In this document: piece by piece, positions 45,531 through 55,326 of the stretch | Layout: each line of letters starts with the position of its first letter | Position numbering within the stretch: position 1 is the first letter of the stretch | Source: a virus | Virus record (IMG/VR): IMGVR_UViG_3300045973_000209 | Location: 1 to 64,000 of that record | Direction: 5' to 3' (one strand) | Length of the DNA stretch: 64,000 nucleotides | The notes under the pieces: model-generated | Database searches by the model: none | What the model was told of the DNA's origin: nothing | What the model saw: the letters and a program-made list of their open reading frames with translations, nothing else | Position numbers and translations under genes: made by a program

Positions 45531-47993
45531 TTAACGCATCATCATCATTGATTTCTTCTTGCCTATTCTGCCACCATATTTACGTTCAAAGGTATTTCCA
45601 ATAGTTCCTTTCCATCTAGACTCTAAACTTTTCATCATATCGCTATCACGAAGAATCGTATTAAACTCAGAAATAGCACCTTGATTATTTGCAAGATTTG
45701 CACTAGCAGCATCACCTAATTCTTGATTTGCATTAATTCTAGCATTAAGTTTCATAAGATTACTCTGATTTGTAATCTCATTATTACTAGTATTATTTTG
45801 CATAATATTCATGGTATTCTGATTACGAATACCCATAGACATTCTATTTCTATTTCCAAATATAGAATTTAATTGACTTATTCTACTAGAATTAGCATTA
45901 TTTTTTAAAGCACTTGCAGTAGCAGAATCCATTCCATCTAAACTAGATATACTTGAAGCATAACCTTGATTAACTGAACCAACTTGATCATTAATATCAA
46001 CATTATCATTAAGTAAATAATTTTTATTTAACTTAGGTTTATATGATAAAGATTCATTAAGACTATCATTTATAAGACCTTTCTGATATTTTAAAGTCTT
46101 ATTACTCATAAGTAAATTACCTAATGTACCAGCAGCACCAACTATAGTATTCATATTATTACTACCTTCAAGTGCAGTTCCAATATTATTACCAATAATT
46201 CCTAATTTACCCAAGAAAGAAGTAGATTTAGATAAAGTATTAATATTACCCATTTTTCTTAATCCAGACATACTAACTCCACTATTAAATTTAGGAGTAA
46301 TAGGACTAATACCTAGATTTAAACCACTTTTTGCATATTTATTTTTAGGTGCAACTTTATCATTCATATTAACTAAATTTGCTTGTTCTACTTCAATTTG
46401 TCTTACATTAGAACTAGTTTTCATATTTTCTAAATCCATAAACTTCTGTGCAAAACCTAATCTTTTACTAAGTACAAATGGTACATTACTAATAGATTTA
46501 TCATTAACAAGTACTTCACCAGGTTCTCCAACTGCAATAGTCTTATTATTTTTCTTTATGGGGATATTCTGTCCAGATTCATGTGTACCACTAGTTCCTC
46601 CTCTAGAATTAGTAATAAGTTTATTACCATCACCTAATGACATTCCTTTAACATTAATTGGACCACCCATTGCATGATGAAATTTTCTAGCATTAACTGC
46701 AAATTGAGCCATACTTCTAACATGAGCATTAGATGAATGTAATGCTTCACTAGTAGTTTTGCCAGTCCTTTGTTTATATGCAGTAAATCTACCTCTATGA
46801 GAAGGTTTAATCATACCTCCTTTACTCATAAATAAACTACTAGAATTATTCATACTTATATTATTTAATTCATTAAAGTCATTTGCTCTAACTCCTTTTT
46901 TATATAATTTATCACTTTCTTGTTTAGCAATATTATTTGCTTCCATCATTTGTTGTGCAAGTCGTTTCTGTTCTCTAGCTTTTTTATTTTCACTTGCATT
47001 ACCAAATAATGCACCACCTATTACACCTACAGCAGCACCAACTCCTGTACCAATAGGACCAAACATACTTCCCATACTAGAACCCATTTGAAATCCATTA
47101 CTTGCTCCAGTTAATGCACCACCCCAATCTTTACGAGGTAAATTTGCATAATATCCATTACTATATTTCATTGTAGATGTATTATTACTAAGAGTATGAT
47201 TATATACAGAATCAGCGTAATTATAGAGATCCTTATTATTAAGAATAACGGACTTTTCTCTGTCAAGTTTTGATTGCCTATCTTTTTCACCAGAATTATA
47301 TTTAGTACCAGAATTATTTTTAAGAAATCTCATTTCTTTTCTAAATGGTTCTGCAAGTGTACTATCTACTTTAAAAGAGTTTATATAGTCAGAATATTCT
47401 TTTGCATTTTGTCTTCTTTCAATATCGTCTTTATCTTTAACATAATATCCACCACTAGTTTTACCAATTCTTTCTGGTGGAACTAAATTATTTTTTAATC
47501 TAAATTGATCATAATCCATTGGAATACCTTCAACTCTATTTGCATTCCATGCTTGCATTACCATTGAAGGAAGATATGTTGAACCCAATAGTTTATTTGC
47601 ATTATACGGAGCAGTATTACTACCAAGTCCACTTTCTCGCATAGCTGTTGATAAAGCATCCATTAAAGGAACATTTTCTTTTGCAGCAGCTTTAGAAAGA
47701 TCTGCAACAACTTGTTTATTGATAATTGCACCATGTCTAATACCAGGTTTACCATTTTCAATATCTTTTATTCTAAAAGTAGAATTAATTGCAAGTGGTG
47801 CTGGAGAATCAAATTTATCTATTATATCTGCATATTTATCATTACCATTATAATATACTCTATTTATATCATATGCATTATTTAAAATAGGATCAGTTGT
47901 TGTTGGTTTAGGAATAGCAGTATATTTACTTAAATCAATTCCATTTCCAGCTTTAGGAATTCTTTTTACCTTATAATTGCTAGTATATTTCAT
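45531..47993 (-). CDS. putative ejection/internal virion protein with glycine-zipper membrane segment and possible lysozyme-like N-domain
   Basis: GGALTGASNGFQMGSSMGSMFGPIGTGVGAAVGVIGGALFG (about 46990-47125). AMRESGLGSN...SMVMQAW is weakly SLT-like (about 47560-47640). N/S-rich low-complexity C-terminal third. Confidence 0.5.
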   Translation of the reverse strand: MKYTSNYKVKRIPKAGNGIDLSKYTAIPKPTTTDPILNNAYDINRVYYNGNDKYADIIDKFDSPAPLAINSTFRIKDIENGKPGIRHGAIINKQVVADLSKAAAKENVPLMDALSTAMRESGLGSNTAPYNANKLLGSTYLPSMVMQAWNANRVEGIPMDYDQFRLKNNLVPPERIGKTSGGYYVKDKDDIERRQNAKEYSDYINSFKVDSTLAEPFRKEMRFLKNNSGTKYNSGEKDRQSKLDREKSVILNNKDLYNYADSVYNHTLSNNTSTMKYSNGYYANLPRKDWGGALTGASNGFQMGSSMGSMFGPIGTGVGAAVGVIGGALFGNASENKKAREQKRLAQQMMEANNIAKQESDKLYKKGVRANDFNELNNISMNNSSSLFMSKGGMIKPSHRGRFTAYKQRTGKTTSEALHSSNAHVRSMAQFAVNARKFHHAMGGPINVKGMSLGDGNKLITNSRGGTSGTHESGQNIPIKKNNKTIAVGEPGEVLVNDKSISNVPFVLSKRLGFAQKFMDLENMKTSSNVRQIEVEQANLVNMNDKVAPKNKYAKSGLNLGISPITPKFNSGVSMSGLRKMGNINTLSKSTSFLGKLGIIGNNIGTALEGSNNMNTIVGAAGTLGNLLMSNKTLKYQKGLINDSLNESLSYKPKLNKNYLLNDNVDINDQVGSVNQGYASSISSLDGMDSATASALKNNANSSRISQLNSIFGNRNRMSMGIRNQNTMNIMQNNTSNNEITNQSNLMKLNARINANQELGDAASANLANNQGAISEFNTILRDSDMMKSLESRWKGTIGNTFERKYGGRIGKKKSMMMMR

Positions 47994-50900
47994 AATATAC
48001 TTTTTATATTAGGACTAATATTAGAAATTCTAAACTTTTTATTAGCAGTTGTATTGTCATATATCAGTCTGACTATTATAAAGCTACCAATAAAAAATGA
48101 CTTTTCAAAATATTCTTTAGACAAATTTAATGCAGAAGTGATTAAATTTCCATTAGCATCAATAAATTCACTGTTTAAATTAGTGAGATAATCCAATGCA
48201 TCATTATATATCCATTCTCCATCTAAAAATACTGCGTTACCAACTTCTATTGGTTCATGACTAATAGGATCATAATCATAAGAATGTTTAACAATACTTA
48301 TTTCATTAGAGCATTGATTCTTAGAATAAACTAATAATCTACTAATTGTTTCATCCCAATAATTTATTCCATCTTTTTCAACATTAGTAACCCATTTAAT
48401 AGATTTAAGTAAAAATCTATCTTTAGTATTCTGATTAAATATAAAATCAATAGAAGAAGAAAGACATTTATCATATGAATATTCTATAATTGCAGGACTT
48501 GTTGCATTAGTTTCAACATTATTATATGCACAATATGCTTCTGTTGTTAATACTGCCCATTCTGCATTATTTATAATATTTGATATTAAATCTCCATTAC
48601 GATATTTTGTTTCTGCAAGATTTTGTACTACCCATTCTTGAGTACCTATACAAATTGTTGTATAAATCTTTCCATCATTTCCTGTATATATACCCGTTTC
48701 CCCATTAGTAAGAATTGTAGAATCTTTAATAAGACGAATACTATGACCAACGTTATATAAATCAAGGCCAGCATTTATATGATTTGGCATTACTTCATTA
48801 TTATTATAATGAAGCTCCCATACATGAGCACTTGATATTCCAGAACTATAATTGGAAAGCCATCCTGCACACATTGCATTCAATGTAGTAAATATACCAG
48901 TATCTGATCGTCTTCCTCCTCCTAATGCTTTAAAACCACTACTATTAGTTGCATCTGTATTTGGACTATTCCAATAAATAAAGCCAATTTCTTTTAAATC
49001 TCCTCCTTTGTATTGACCACCAATAAAATCAACTAGTGTTAACCATTCAGTACGACTTGGAAGATGTGCTCCACTAGCAGCAATATGTCTTGCATCAGTT
49101 GCAGCATACCAATTATATAAATAACCATATTTTATAATACCAGGTATAGTATTTGATATATGAAAAGTATTTGGATTTCCGGTAAGTTTTTTATAAAGTA
49201 TATTATCACCACTTAGTTGATATATTCCATTACTATTCCATATATATTTATCAGGAGTATAATCATGAAAACATACCCAAAACATTTTTTCAAAATGAAA
49301 TGATAATGTAAAACTAGATAAATAATCTAAAGTATTAATTATATCTTCAATATTATCATAATAACACATTGCACCATTAATATCATTAGACCATTCAGTA
49401 TCATCTACAATATTTGGTATTAAACTTCCATCATTATATCGTTTACTATTATAGTTTGCAGCTAACCATTCTTGATTTCCAATACATATTGTAGGATATA
49501 TATTTCCTTCTGGATCAATCATACTTCCAGATTGACCATTAGTAAGTACTGTATTATTTTTTATAAAACGAATAGAAAAACCATAACTATATAGATTACC
49601 TTGTCCACTAATATCAGCATATCCATAATTTAAAGCATATGCTCTTTGAAGTCCTCCTCCAAGATCAGTATTTGTCCAAAAATCACCATGTAATGTTTTT
49701 CCTGAAAAATCTCCATTATCTGTTCGTATTCCAGATGGCATTCCATTAAACTTTGTTATATTTGTTGCTCCTAAATTTGGAGTTTGCCAATGAACAAGTC
49801 CTAATTCTTTTAATTTACCGCCAGCAACTGTATATCCTCCAAGATAATCAACTAATTCTTGCCATTCATCATTGGTTCCAATATGGTAACCTTCAGGACA
49901 AAATATAGATACATTTTCTCCAGGTAAACATCTAGCACCAACAGTATCATTAGACCATTCAGTATTATCAAGTAATTCAGGAATTAAAGTACCATTATTA
50001 TAACGTGTACAACGATAATTCTCTGCCATTATAACTTGATTTCCAATCTTAACAAGAGGATAGATATTACCATCATAATCAGTTACAGTTCCATCACCTA
50101 AATCTGAATCATCTTTTATAAATCTTACTGATTCTCCTTCATTCTTAGAATTACCACTCCAGCCAGTTCCATTATTTGGAGTTAAATCATCTGAAATACT
50201 AATTAAAGTCCAAATTGAACCTACATCTGGAGCACTACTGTCATATTCTGTTGAAAGCCATCCTTGAAATGCCTCTTTAAAATCACTATATGTACTTCCA
50301 TTACTTAATCTATGCCCACTTGCAAGCATATTTAATCCATATTCATTAGTACCTGGAGTAACACTATTATTCCAATGTATTAATCCAATTTCTTTTAATT
50401 TATATCCATTTGTATATCCACCTATATCAGTTCCTAATTGAAATATTTCATCTCTTGTAGGAAGATGATAACCAATAGGAGGAAATAAACTATTAGTGGC
50501 ACAGTACCAATTATAAAATCTACCCCATTCTGCAGGATTAACTAAAACTACTTTTGTCTTATCAATAGCAAACTTATTATATAATGCGCCATATCCATAA
50601 ATAGAAGATAATGGTAGTTTATTTTGTATTGTTAATAATAATCTCTTATATAAATCATCATAACCTAAATTAGCATGTATATCTTTAGGTTGTGCTGCAA
50701 GAGATATTAAATTTTTAGTTTGATTTCTAAACCAATCTTCAATACCTAATTTACTAATTTCATTTGCTTTATCAGAAATAATATATATACTTCCTTTATC
50801 TAAATCAACTGTAACTAATCCATATGGAGTTAATATAGTTCCTTCTCTATTCCAAGGTTTAATATAACTACCATCAGCATCAAGTAACTCTTGTACTGGT

Positions 50901-53900
50901 CTATCAAACATTTCACCAGTTTTTAATGCTGCATCAATATTATCAGTAACAAGTTTATCAACTACAATACCTCTAAATATACTATATTCAGTTTGAATAT
51001 AAACTATATAATCATTACCAATAATTTTATAAATTGCACCTTTATGATTAGGAATATCAATATAATCTAATATTTTAAATTTCCTCCAATACATAGAATT
51101 TGCACCATCAGGTTGTTTAATAGAACTATATATTCTATCTTGAAACTTAACAGAAATTGGTGTTAATTCATTATCAATATTATCTTGACGAAGATTATTT
51201 AAAAGATGATAATCATTATTATAAAAATAATAATTAGCAATTCCAGCATCTACCATTGCTGTTATATATTCTTGTACTAAAGGGGAACCAGTCCATTTAA
51301 GTATATTAGTTGCAGGATAAAACTTTTCATATTCATTTTTACCTTCATATCTAAGACCACTATTTAATACACTTTCTATAGGAAAATACCATATTGCAGC
51401 ACTAGTAGTAATAACTCCAGTTATCACAGAATTGTGTCCAATATATGTATCCCCCCCATATAAAGAAAATACAGGAGTATCTATGAGTGGTTTAACAACT
51501 CCTGTACTTATAAGTTCTTGATTACTAAAATCTAGATAAACATTATCTTTAATATTAATTAAATTTACTAGATGTTTATCAAAAGTATTAGATAAAGGTT
51601 CAAAATAATAACAGTTTTCTTTACCTTCATTTGAAGGAACTGTAGCACTATTATAAGCAGGAAGATAACTTATCTTTTTAACTTTACTAATTTTTCTAGT
51701 AGTATTTAAACTATAATTAGTAACTTCTACTATATTACTAGATGAACTATAATCTGTAGATTCAAGATGTAGTTCAGATTTAATATGACTAGGTTCTATA
51801 TTAAGCAAATTAACCATACTATCAAATCCATGGAATCTATATCCTATACCATCTGCTAATGCAATACTTTGATCTAACATTAATTGATTATTCAAAGTAC
51901 GTTTAGCATATAATATTTCCCATCCATCTACAGCACTTTCTAATGAGGTTCTAATAGTAGGATCTATACTAGACCAATTTAAACTAATTCTTAATCCAAG
52001 TATATCTTGATTCATACTACCTTCATATATTGAAAGATCACATGAACCACCATCATTTATTCCAATACTGCCACCTGTAGTAGCAGCTTCCATATCTATC
52101 TGAATAGTAATATATTCATCTACTAATAGTGGACAATCAGCAGTATAATTAAAATGTAATGTTTCTACGTTTTCATTATATATAGGTTGTACTTTAGGTT
52201 CAGTATATAATATGCTTTCTATAAAATTAACCCCTACTTTAGAAAATTTCTTAATTGTTACTGTAGCTCTACCTTTATATTGAGTCATACCTTGAGTATA
52301 ACTAGCAACAACACATTGAATATCTAAATCAATATGTAGCGTTTGAGTTGTAGTAGCAGTATAAGTATTATAATCATCCCCTGCATCACTAGCAGGAATC
52401 CATGTTCCATATTTTGGAAGACTAGTTGTAAATATACCATGAAAAAAATGACCATTATATAGAAAATCATTAGCTATCAAATGTAAATTATCAAGTACTA
52501 CATTTTTTGCAGTATTATGTAATACTCCATTTTTCCAACTATGTATTTGTCCAGCAGATGGAAAACGATGATGTCTAACTTTAGAGTCTGCTAAAATAGT
52601 ACCATATTGATTATTATATCTTTCATTTTCATTTTCCCAAAATCCCATCTTGCCATAGTACTCTCCAGAATCACTTTCTATAGTTGCAGTACTTCCAAGT
52701 TTATATTCTTTTATACTATCACCATCATAAGTATTTGTATCAACATCTTCTCCATTTTCAGCAATTCTACCAGGAAGGTGATAAATACCATAGAATCCAC
52801 CTCTCTTATCTCTTAATCCTAAATATAATGCATATACTTCATCACTTCTAAATTCTCTGAAATTAAAAATAAATGTAGAATCTTTATAACTATTTTTACT
52901 TGTACTAAGAGATACAGTTTGATCAGATACCCAATTTACTGTTAATTTAGGTATTACATTATCATATATTTCAGCTAAAGATACTTTATCTATCTTAGAT
53001 GGATTTCCTAAACGTAATTTTCGATTAGATTGTGTAATTGTTTTAATAGTATCAAAAGAAGGAGATGATATAATAACTTCATTAAGATTAAATGGAATCA
53101 ATTTATCTATATCATCTATTAATACATCAGTACTATTATCACCTATTTTAATTCTCTTTGTAATAAAGCACAATGTTCCAGTTTCAGTTCTTTGTATTAC
53201 TGCAAGTTTAAAATATTTTCTTGTAATATCAAGATTAGAAACATTTATAGTAATTGCTTTATTTGTAACTACTAAAGTAGCATTTCCTTTAAATTGCCTA
53301 TATGCAGTAAGAATATCATTTTCTGTTATAAAAATGGGATTTGATATTATACCAAAATTAGTATTAACATCAGGTTCAATTTCATATGTTAAACTGACAA
53401 AATATGCTGCGGCAGGAAGTCTACCTCCAGTAGTAATAGTACTACTTGTACTTGCTGTATTATTTAAAGCATTGAAATTATTATGAGTAAATTCTGGAAA
53501 TAGATAAATATCTTTTAAATCAAATTCATTATTTATTGTAATAGGAGAAGTCAATGCTCCACTTATATTTATTATCATAGGTTTATGAAAACCTGTTGTC
53601 CATGCTACAATAAGATCACCTTTTGCATTATAACAATGGACACCTTCTATATAAATATCAGGAAATGTGAGAGGATTGTAATTTAAGAAAGTATCTATAG
53701 AAGTTAATATAGTAATTAAAGTTCCAGTTTTAGATAGATGTTTAATATATGTAGTACTATTATTATAGATATATAAAATAATATCATTAGGTGTTGTAAT
53801 TCTACCTATAATCGTGCCAGTAATTTCATTATTAAAAATAGTATCTCCAGGTTCATTTTCAACTTCATCAAACCCTCTACTAATTAAAATATTTTTTGCA

Positions 53901-53965
53901 TGTGCCCATGTATATAACGCACTATCTGCAAATTTACCATCTAATCGAAGTCCTTTAAGATTCAT
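47990..53965 (-). CDS. large tail/receptor-binding protein with repeated FISUMP-type modules
   Basis: 1,991-aa ORF with ATGA overlap onto the downstream gene. C-terminal third has repeated D.DGN.Y..V.IG.Q.W.A.N...Y.NG / YG.LYNW / LP...EW..L...GG...GG.LKE.G..HW motifs. Confidence 0.75.
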   Translation of the reverse strand: MNLKGLRLDGKFADSALYTWAHAKNILISRGFDEVENEPGDTIFNNEITGTIIGRITTPNDIILYIYNNSTTYIKHLSKTGTLITILTSIDTFLNYNPLTFPDIYIEGVHCYNAKGDLIVAWTTGFHKPMIINISGALTSPITINNEFDLKDIYLFPEFTHNNFNALNNTASTSSTITTGGRLPAAAYFVSLTYEIEPDVNTNFGIISNPIFITENDILTAYRQFKGNATLVVTNKAITINVSNLDITRKYFKLAVIQRTETGTLCFITKRIKIGDNSTDVLIDDIDKLIPFNLNEVIISSPSFDTIKTITQSNRKLRLGNPSKIDKVSLAEIYDNVIPKLTVNWVSDQTVSLSTSKNSYKDSTFIFNFREFRSDEVYALYLGLRDKRGGFYGIYHLPGRIAENGEDVDTNTYDGDSIKEYKLGSTATIESDSGEYYGKMGFWENENERYNNQYGTILADSKVRHHRFPSAGQIHSWKNGVLHNTAKNVVLDNLHLIANDFLYNGHFFHGIFTTSLPKYGTWIPASDAGDDYNTYTATTTQTLHIDLDIQCVVASYTQGMTQYKGRATVTIKKFSKVGVNFIESILYTEPKVQPIYNENVETLHFNYTADCPLLVDEYITIQIDMEAATTGGSIGINDGGSCDLSIYEGSMNQDILGLRISLNWSSIDPTIRTSLESAVDGWEILYAKRTLNNQLMLDQSIALADGIGYRFHGFDSMVNLLNIEPSHIKSELHLESTDYSSSSNIVEVTNYSLNTTRKISKVKKISYLPAYNSATVPSNEGKENCYYFEPLSNTFDKHLVNLINIKDNVYLDFSNQELISTGVVKPLIDTPVFSLYGGDTYIGHNSVITGVITTSAAIWYFPIESVLNSGLRYEGKNEYEKFYPATNILKWTGSPLVQEYITAMVDAGIANYYFYNNDYHLLNNLRQDNIDNELTPISVKFQDRIYSSIKQPDGANSMYWRKFKILDYIDIPNHKGAIYKIIGNDYIVYIQTEYSIFRGIVVDKLVTDNIDAALKTGEMFDRPVQELLDADGSYIKPWNREGTILTPYGLVTVDLDKGSIYIISDKANEISKLGIEDWFRNQTKNLISLAAQPKDIHANLGYDDLYKRLLLTIQNKLPLSSIYGYGALYNKFAIDKTKVVLVNPAEWGRFYNWYCATNSLFPPIGYHLPTRDEIFQLGTDIGGYTNGYKLKEIGLIHWNNSVTPGTNEYGLNMLASGHRLSNGSTYSDFKEAFQGWLSTEYDSSAPDVGSIWTLISISDDLTPNNGTGWSGNSKNEGESVRFIKDDSDLGDGTVTDYDGNIYPLVKIGNQVIMAENYRCTRYNNGTLIPELLDNTEWSNDTVGARCLPGENVSIFCPEGYHIGTNDEWQELVDYLGGYTVAGGKLKELGLVHWQTPNLGATNITKFNGMPSGIRTDNGDFSGKTLHGDFWTNTDLGGGLQRAYALNYGYADISGQGNLYSYGFSIRFIKNNTVLTNGQSGSMIDPEGNIYPTICIGNQEWLAANYNSKRYNDGSLIPNIVDDTEWSNDINGAMCYYDNIEDIINTLDYLSSFTLSFHFEKMFWVCFHDYTPDKYIWNSNGIYQLSGDNILYKKLTGNPNTFHISNTIPGIIKYGYLYNWYAATDARHIAASGAHLPSRTEWLTLVDFIGGQYKGGDLKEIGFIYWNSPNTDATNSSGFKALGGGRRSDTGIFTTLNAMCAGWLSNYSSGISSAHVWELHYNNNEVMPNHINAGLDLYNVGHSIRLIKDSTILTNGETGIYTGNDGKIYTTICIGTQEWVVQNLAETKYRNGDLISNIINNAEWAVLTTEAYCAYNNVETNATSPAIIEYSYDKCLSSSIDFIFNQNTKDRFLLKSIKWVTNVEKDGINYWDETISRLLVYSKNQCSNEISIVKHSYDYDPISHEPIEVGNAVFLDGEWIYNDALDYLTNLNSEFIDANGNLITSALNLSKEYFEKSFFIGSFIIVRLIYDNTTANKKFRISNISPNIKSIL
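48505..50600 (-). repeat. tandem protein-level repeats of a Fibrobacter succinogenes major paralogous (FISUMP)-like domain
   Basis: Unit ends SVRFIKDD (about 50110), SIRFIKNN (about 49560) and SIRLIKDS (about 48725). Unit starts DYDGNIYPLVKIGNQ, DPEGNIYPTICIGNQ and GNDGKIYTTICIGTQ. Confidence 0.7.
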
Positions 53966-53979
53966 TGGTATATTGTCTA

Positions 53980-54729
53980 TTATACTAATCCTGTTTGTCC
54001 AGTAATACTATTTTTCAAATGCAATGTGGCTTCTTCTCTAAATGTATCACTTATAGGTAAATTCAGATTAACTATAAATGTTCTAATTAACTGACTCATT
54101 TGTGATCTTTCTTCAGAATCTAAAGCACTTACTTGATTCCTACCTTTTTTACTTTCTTGAATCCACATACTATATGGATTAGTAATAGGATTCTTACTAT
54201 CTAAACTAAATATAGGATGTTTATGACCACGTTTTAATATAGAATATATAATATACCATTCTATAGCACCCTGTACAATAGAATTCATAGGAACTCTAGG
54301 AAAATATACTAATAATTCAGGATCATATTCAATAGGAAGTGCTTGATAATATACTCTAGCAATACCATCTTCAAGAGATGTTACAATATAACCATTTTTA
54401 ATTGTATATGTATTACTACCATCTAATTGTGCATTAAAAGAAGGCTCCTGAATAGCATTTATTTTATTTAATCTATTAAGTTTAAATCCATCATGAAATA
54501 CACCTAATATTCTTCTTATATCTTGTGGGGTATCATCTGGTAATGAAACAATATAATCTACTATAGAAATATCAATATACTTTTCTTCATATAAACTAAC
54601 TAATTGCATTTGATCCATAGCATCTGCTATCCAAAGAGGTGTTCTAGGAATCCAATCACTATAATCAATAGAAAAGTTATTATCTATACGAGCAATAATC
54701 TCTTTAGCAGAACCTAATTGATATATCAT
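53980..54729 (-). CDS. hypothetical structural-module protein
   Basis: 249-aa ORF, first gene after the tandem terminators. Confidence 0.6.
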   Translation of the reverse strand: MIYQLGSAKEIIARIDNNFSIDYSDWIPRTPLWIADAMDQMQLVSLYEEKYIDISIVDYIVSLPDDTPQDIRRILGVFHDGFKLNRLNKINAIQEPSFNAQLDGSNTYTIKNGYIVTSLEDGIARVYYQALPIEYDPELLVYFPRVPMNSIVQGAIEWYIIYSILKRGHKHPIFSLDSKNPITNPYSMWIQESKKGRNQVSALDSEERSQMSQLIRTFIVNLNLPISDTFREEATLHLKNSITGQTGLV

Positions 54730-54750
54730 TATTTTAGATTTTATCTAATA

Positions 54751-54784
54751 TACAAAAAGAAATTGACATTTACAAGTCAATTTC
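54751..54784 (-). terminator. intrinsic terminator (second of a tandem pair)
   Basis: GAAATTGAC (54759-54767) / GTCAATTTC (54776-54784); on the minus strand it is followed by a run of five T (complement of 54754-54758). Confidence 0.7.
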
Positions 54785-54790
54785 GATAAT

Positions 54791-54828
54791 AATTTTAAAA
54801 GTGTGACTCCTCTATTAGAAGTCACACT
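54791..54828 (-). terminator. intrinsic terminator (first of a tandem pair)
   Basis: AGTGTGAC (54800-54807) / GTCACACT (54821-54828); on the minus strand it is followed by TTTAAAATT; starts 10 nt after the stop of the 153-aa gene. Confidence 0.65.
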
Positions 54829-54837
54829 AGTATTTTA

Positions 54838-55299
54838 TTAGTCAGCTACAAGAAATTTAGTAGTATTCCAACCAACTGCAGCACTTTCATATATCATAAT
54901 ATATGTATATAAAGCAGTACCAGATATAGCTGCACCAGCAGTTCCACTGTCTATCTTTTCAGCAGCTCCAGGATATATCTTTAATACAGCATTTTCTGGA
55001 TTAATAATAATATGTACTGTACCAATACTAGGAGTACTAGGAAGTTTAACTCCAGCAGCACCAGCTGCAGCAACTGCACCACTTATTCGATGAATAAATC
55101 TATTAGATGCAAGAGCACCAGCACCTACGGCATCAGTACCAGCAGCTGCCATCTGTTCAGCAATTCCATTACCACTCATAATTGCAGTAATTAAACTGAG
55201 ATTATTAGCAATATTTGTTACATTTGTGTTGTAACCAACAATCATTTCATTAATCTTACGCTTTGCAGCAGTAACTACTTTACCAGGTAGAATGTTCAT
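54838..55299 (-). CDS. small Ala/Gly-rich protein, probably abundant (structural?)
   Basis: 153 aa, A/G-rich (AAAGTDAVGAGALA, AVAAAGAAGV); less AT-biased codons; followed by two terminators. Confidence 0.65.
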   Translation of the reverse strand: MNILPGKVVTAAKRKINEMIVGYNTNVTNIANNLSLITAIMSGNGIAEQMAAAGTDAVGAGALASNRFIHRISGAVAAAGAAGVKLPSTPSIGTVHIIINPENAVLKIYPGAAEKIDSGTAGAAISGTALYTYIMIYESAAVGWNTTKFLVAD

Positions 55300-55326
55300 A
55301 ATAATATTTATTAATGGGTTTATAAC

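Noticed and set aside
47990-53965. Diversity-generating retroelement targeting the repeated C-terminal tail-fibre modules
   Set aside because: No reverse transcriptase ORF is present anywhere in the window. No near-identical template/variable DNA repeat pair is seen either, as the FISUMP units are diverged at all base types. A DGR elsewhere in the genome cannot be excluded.
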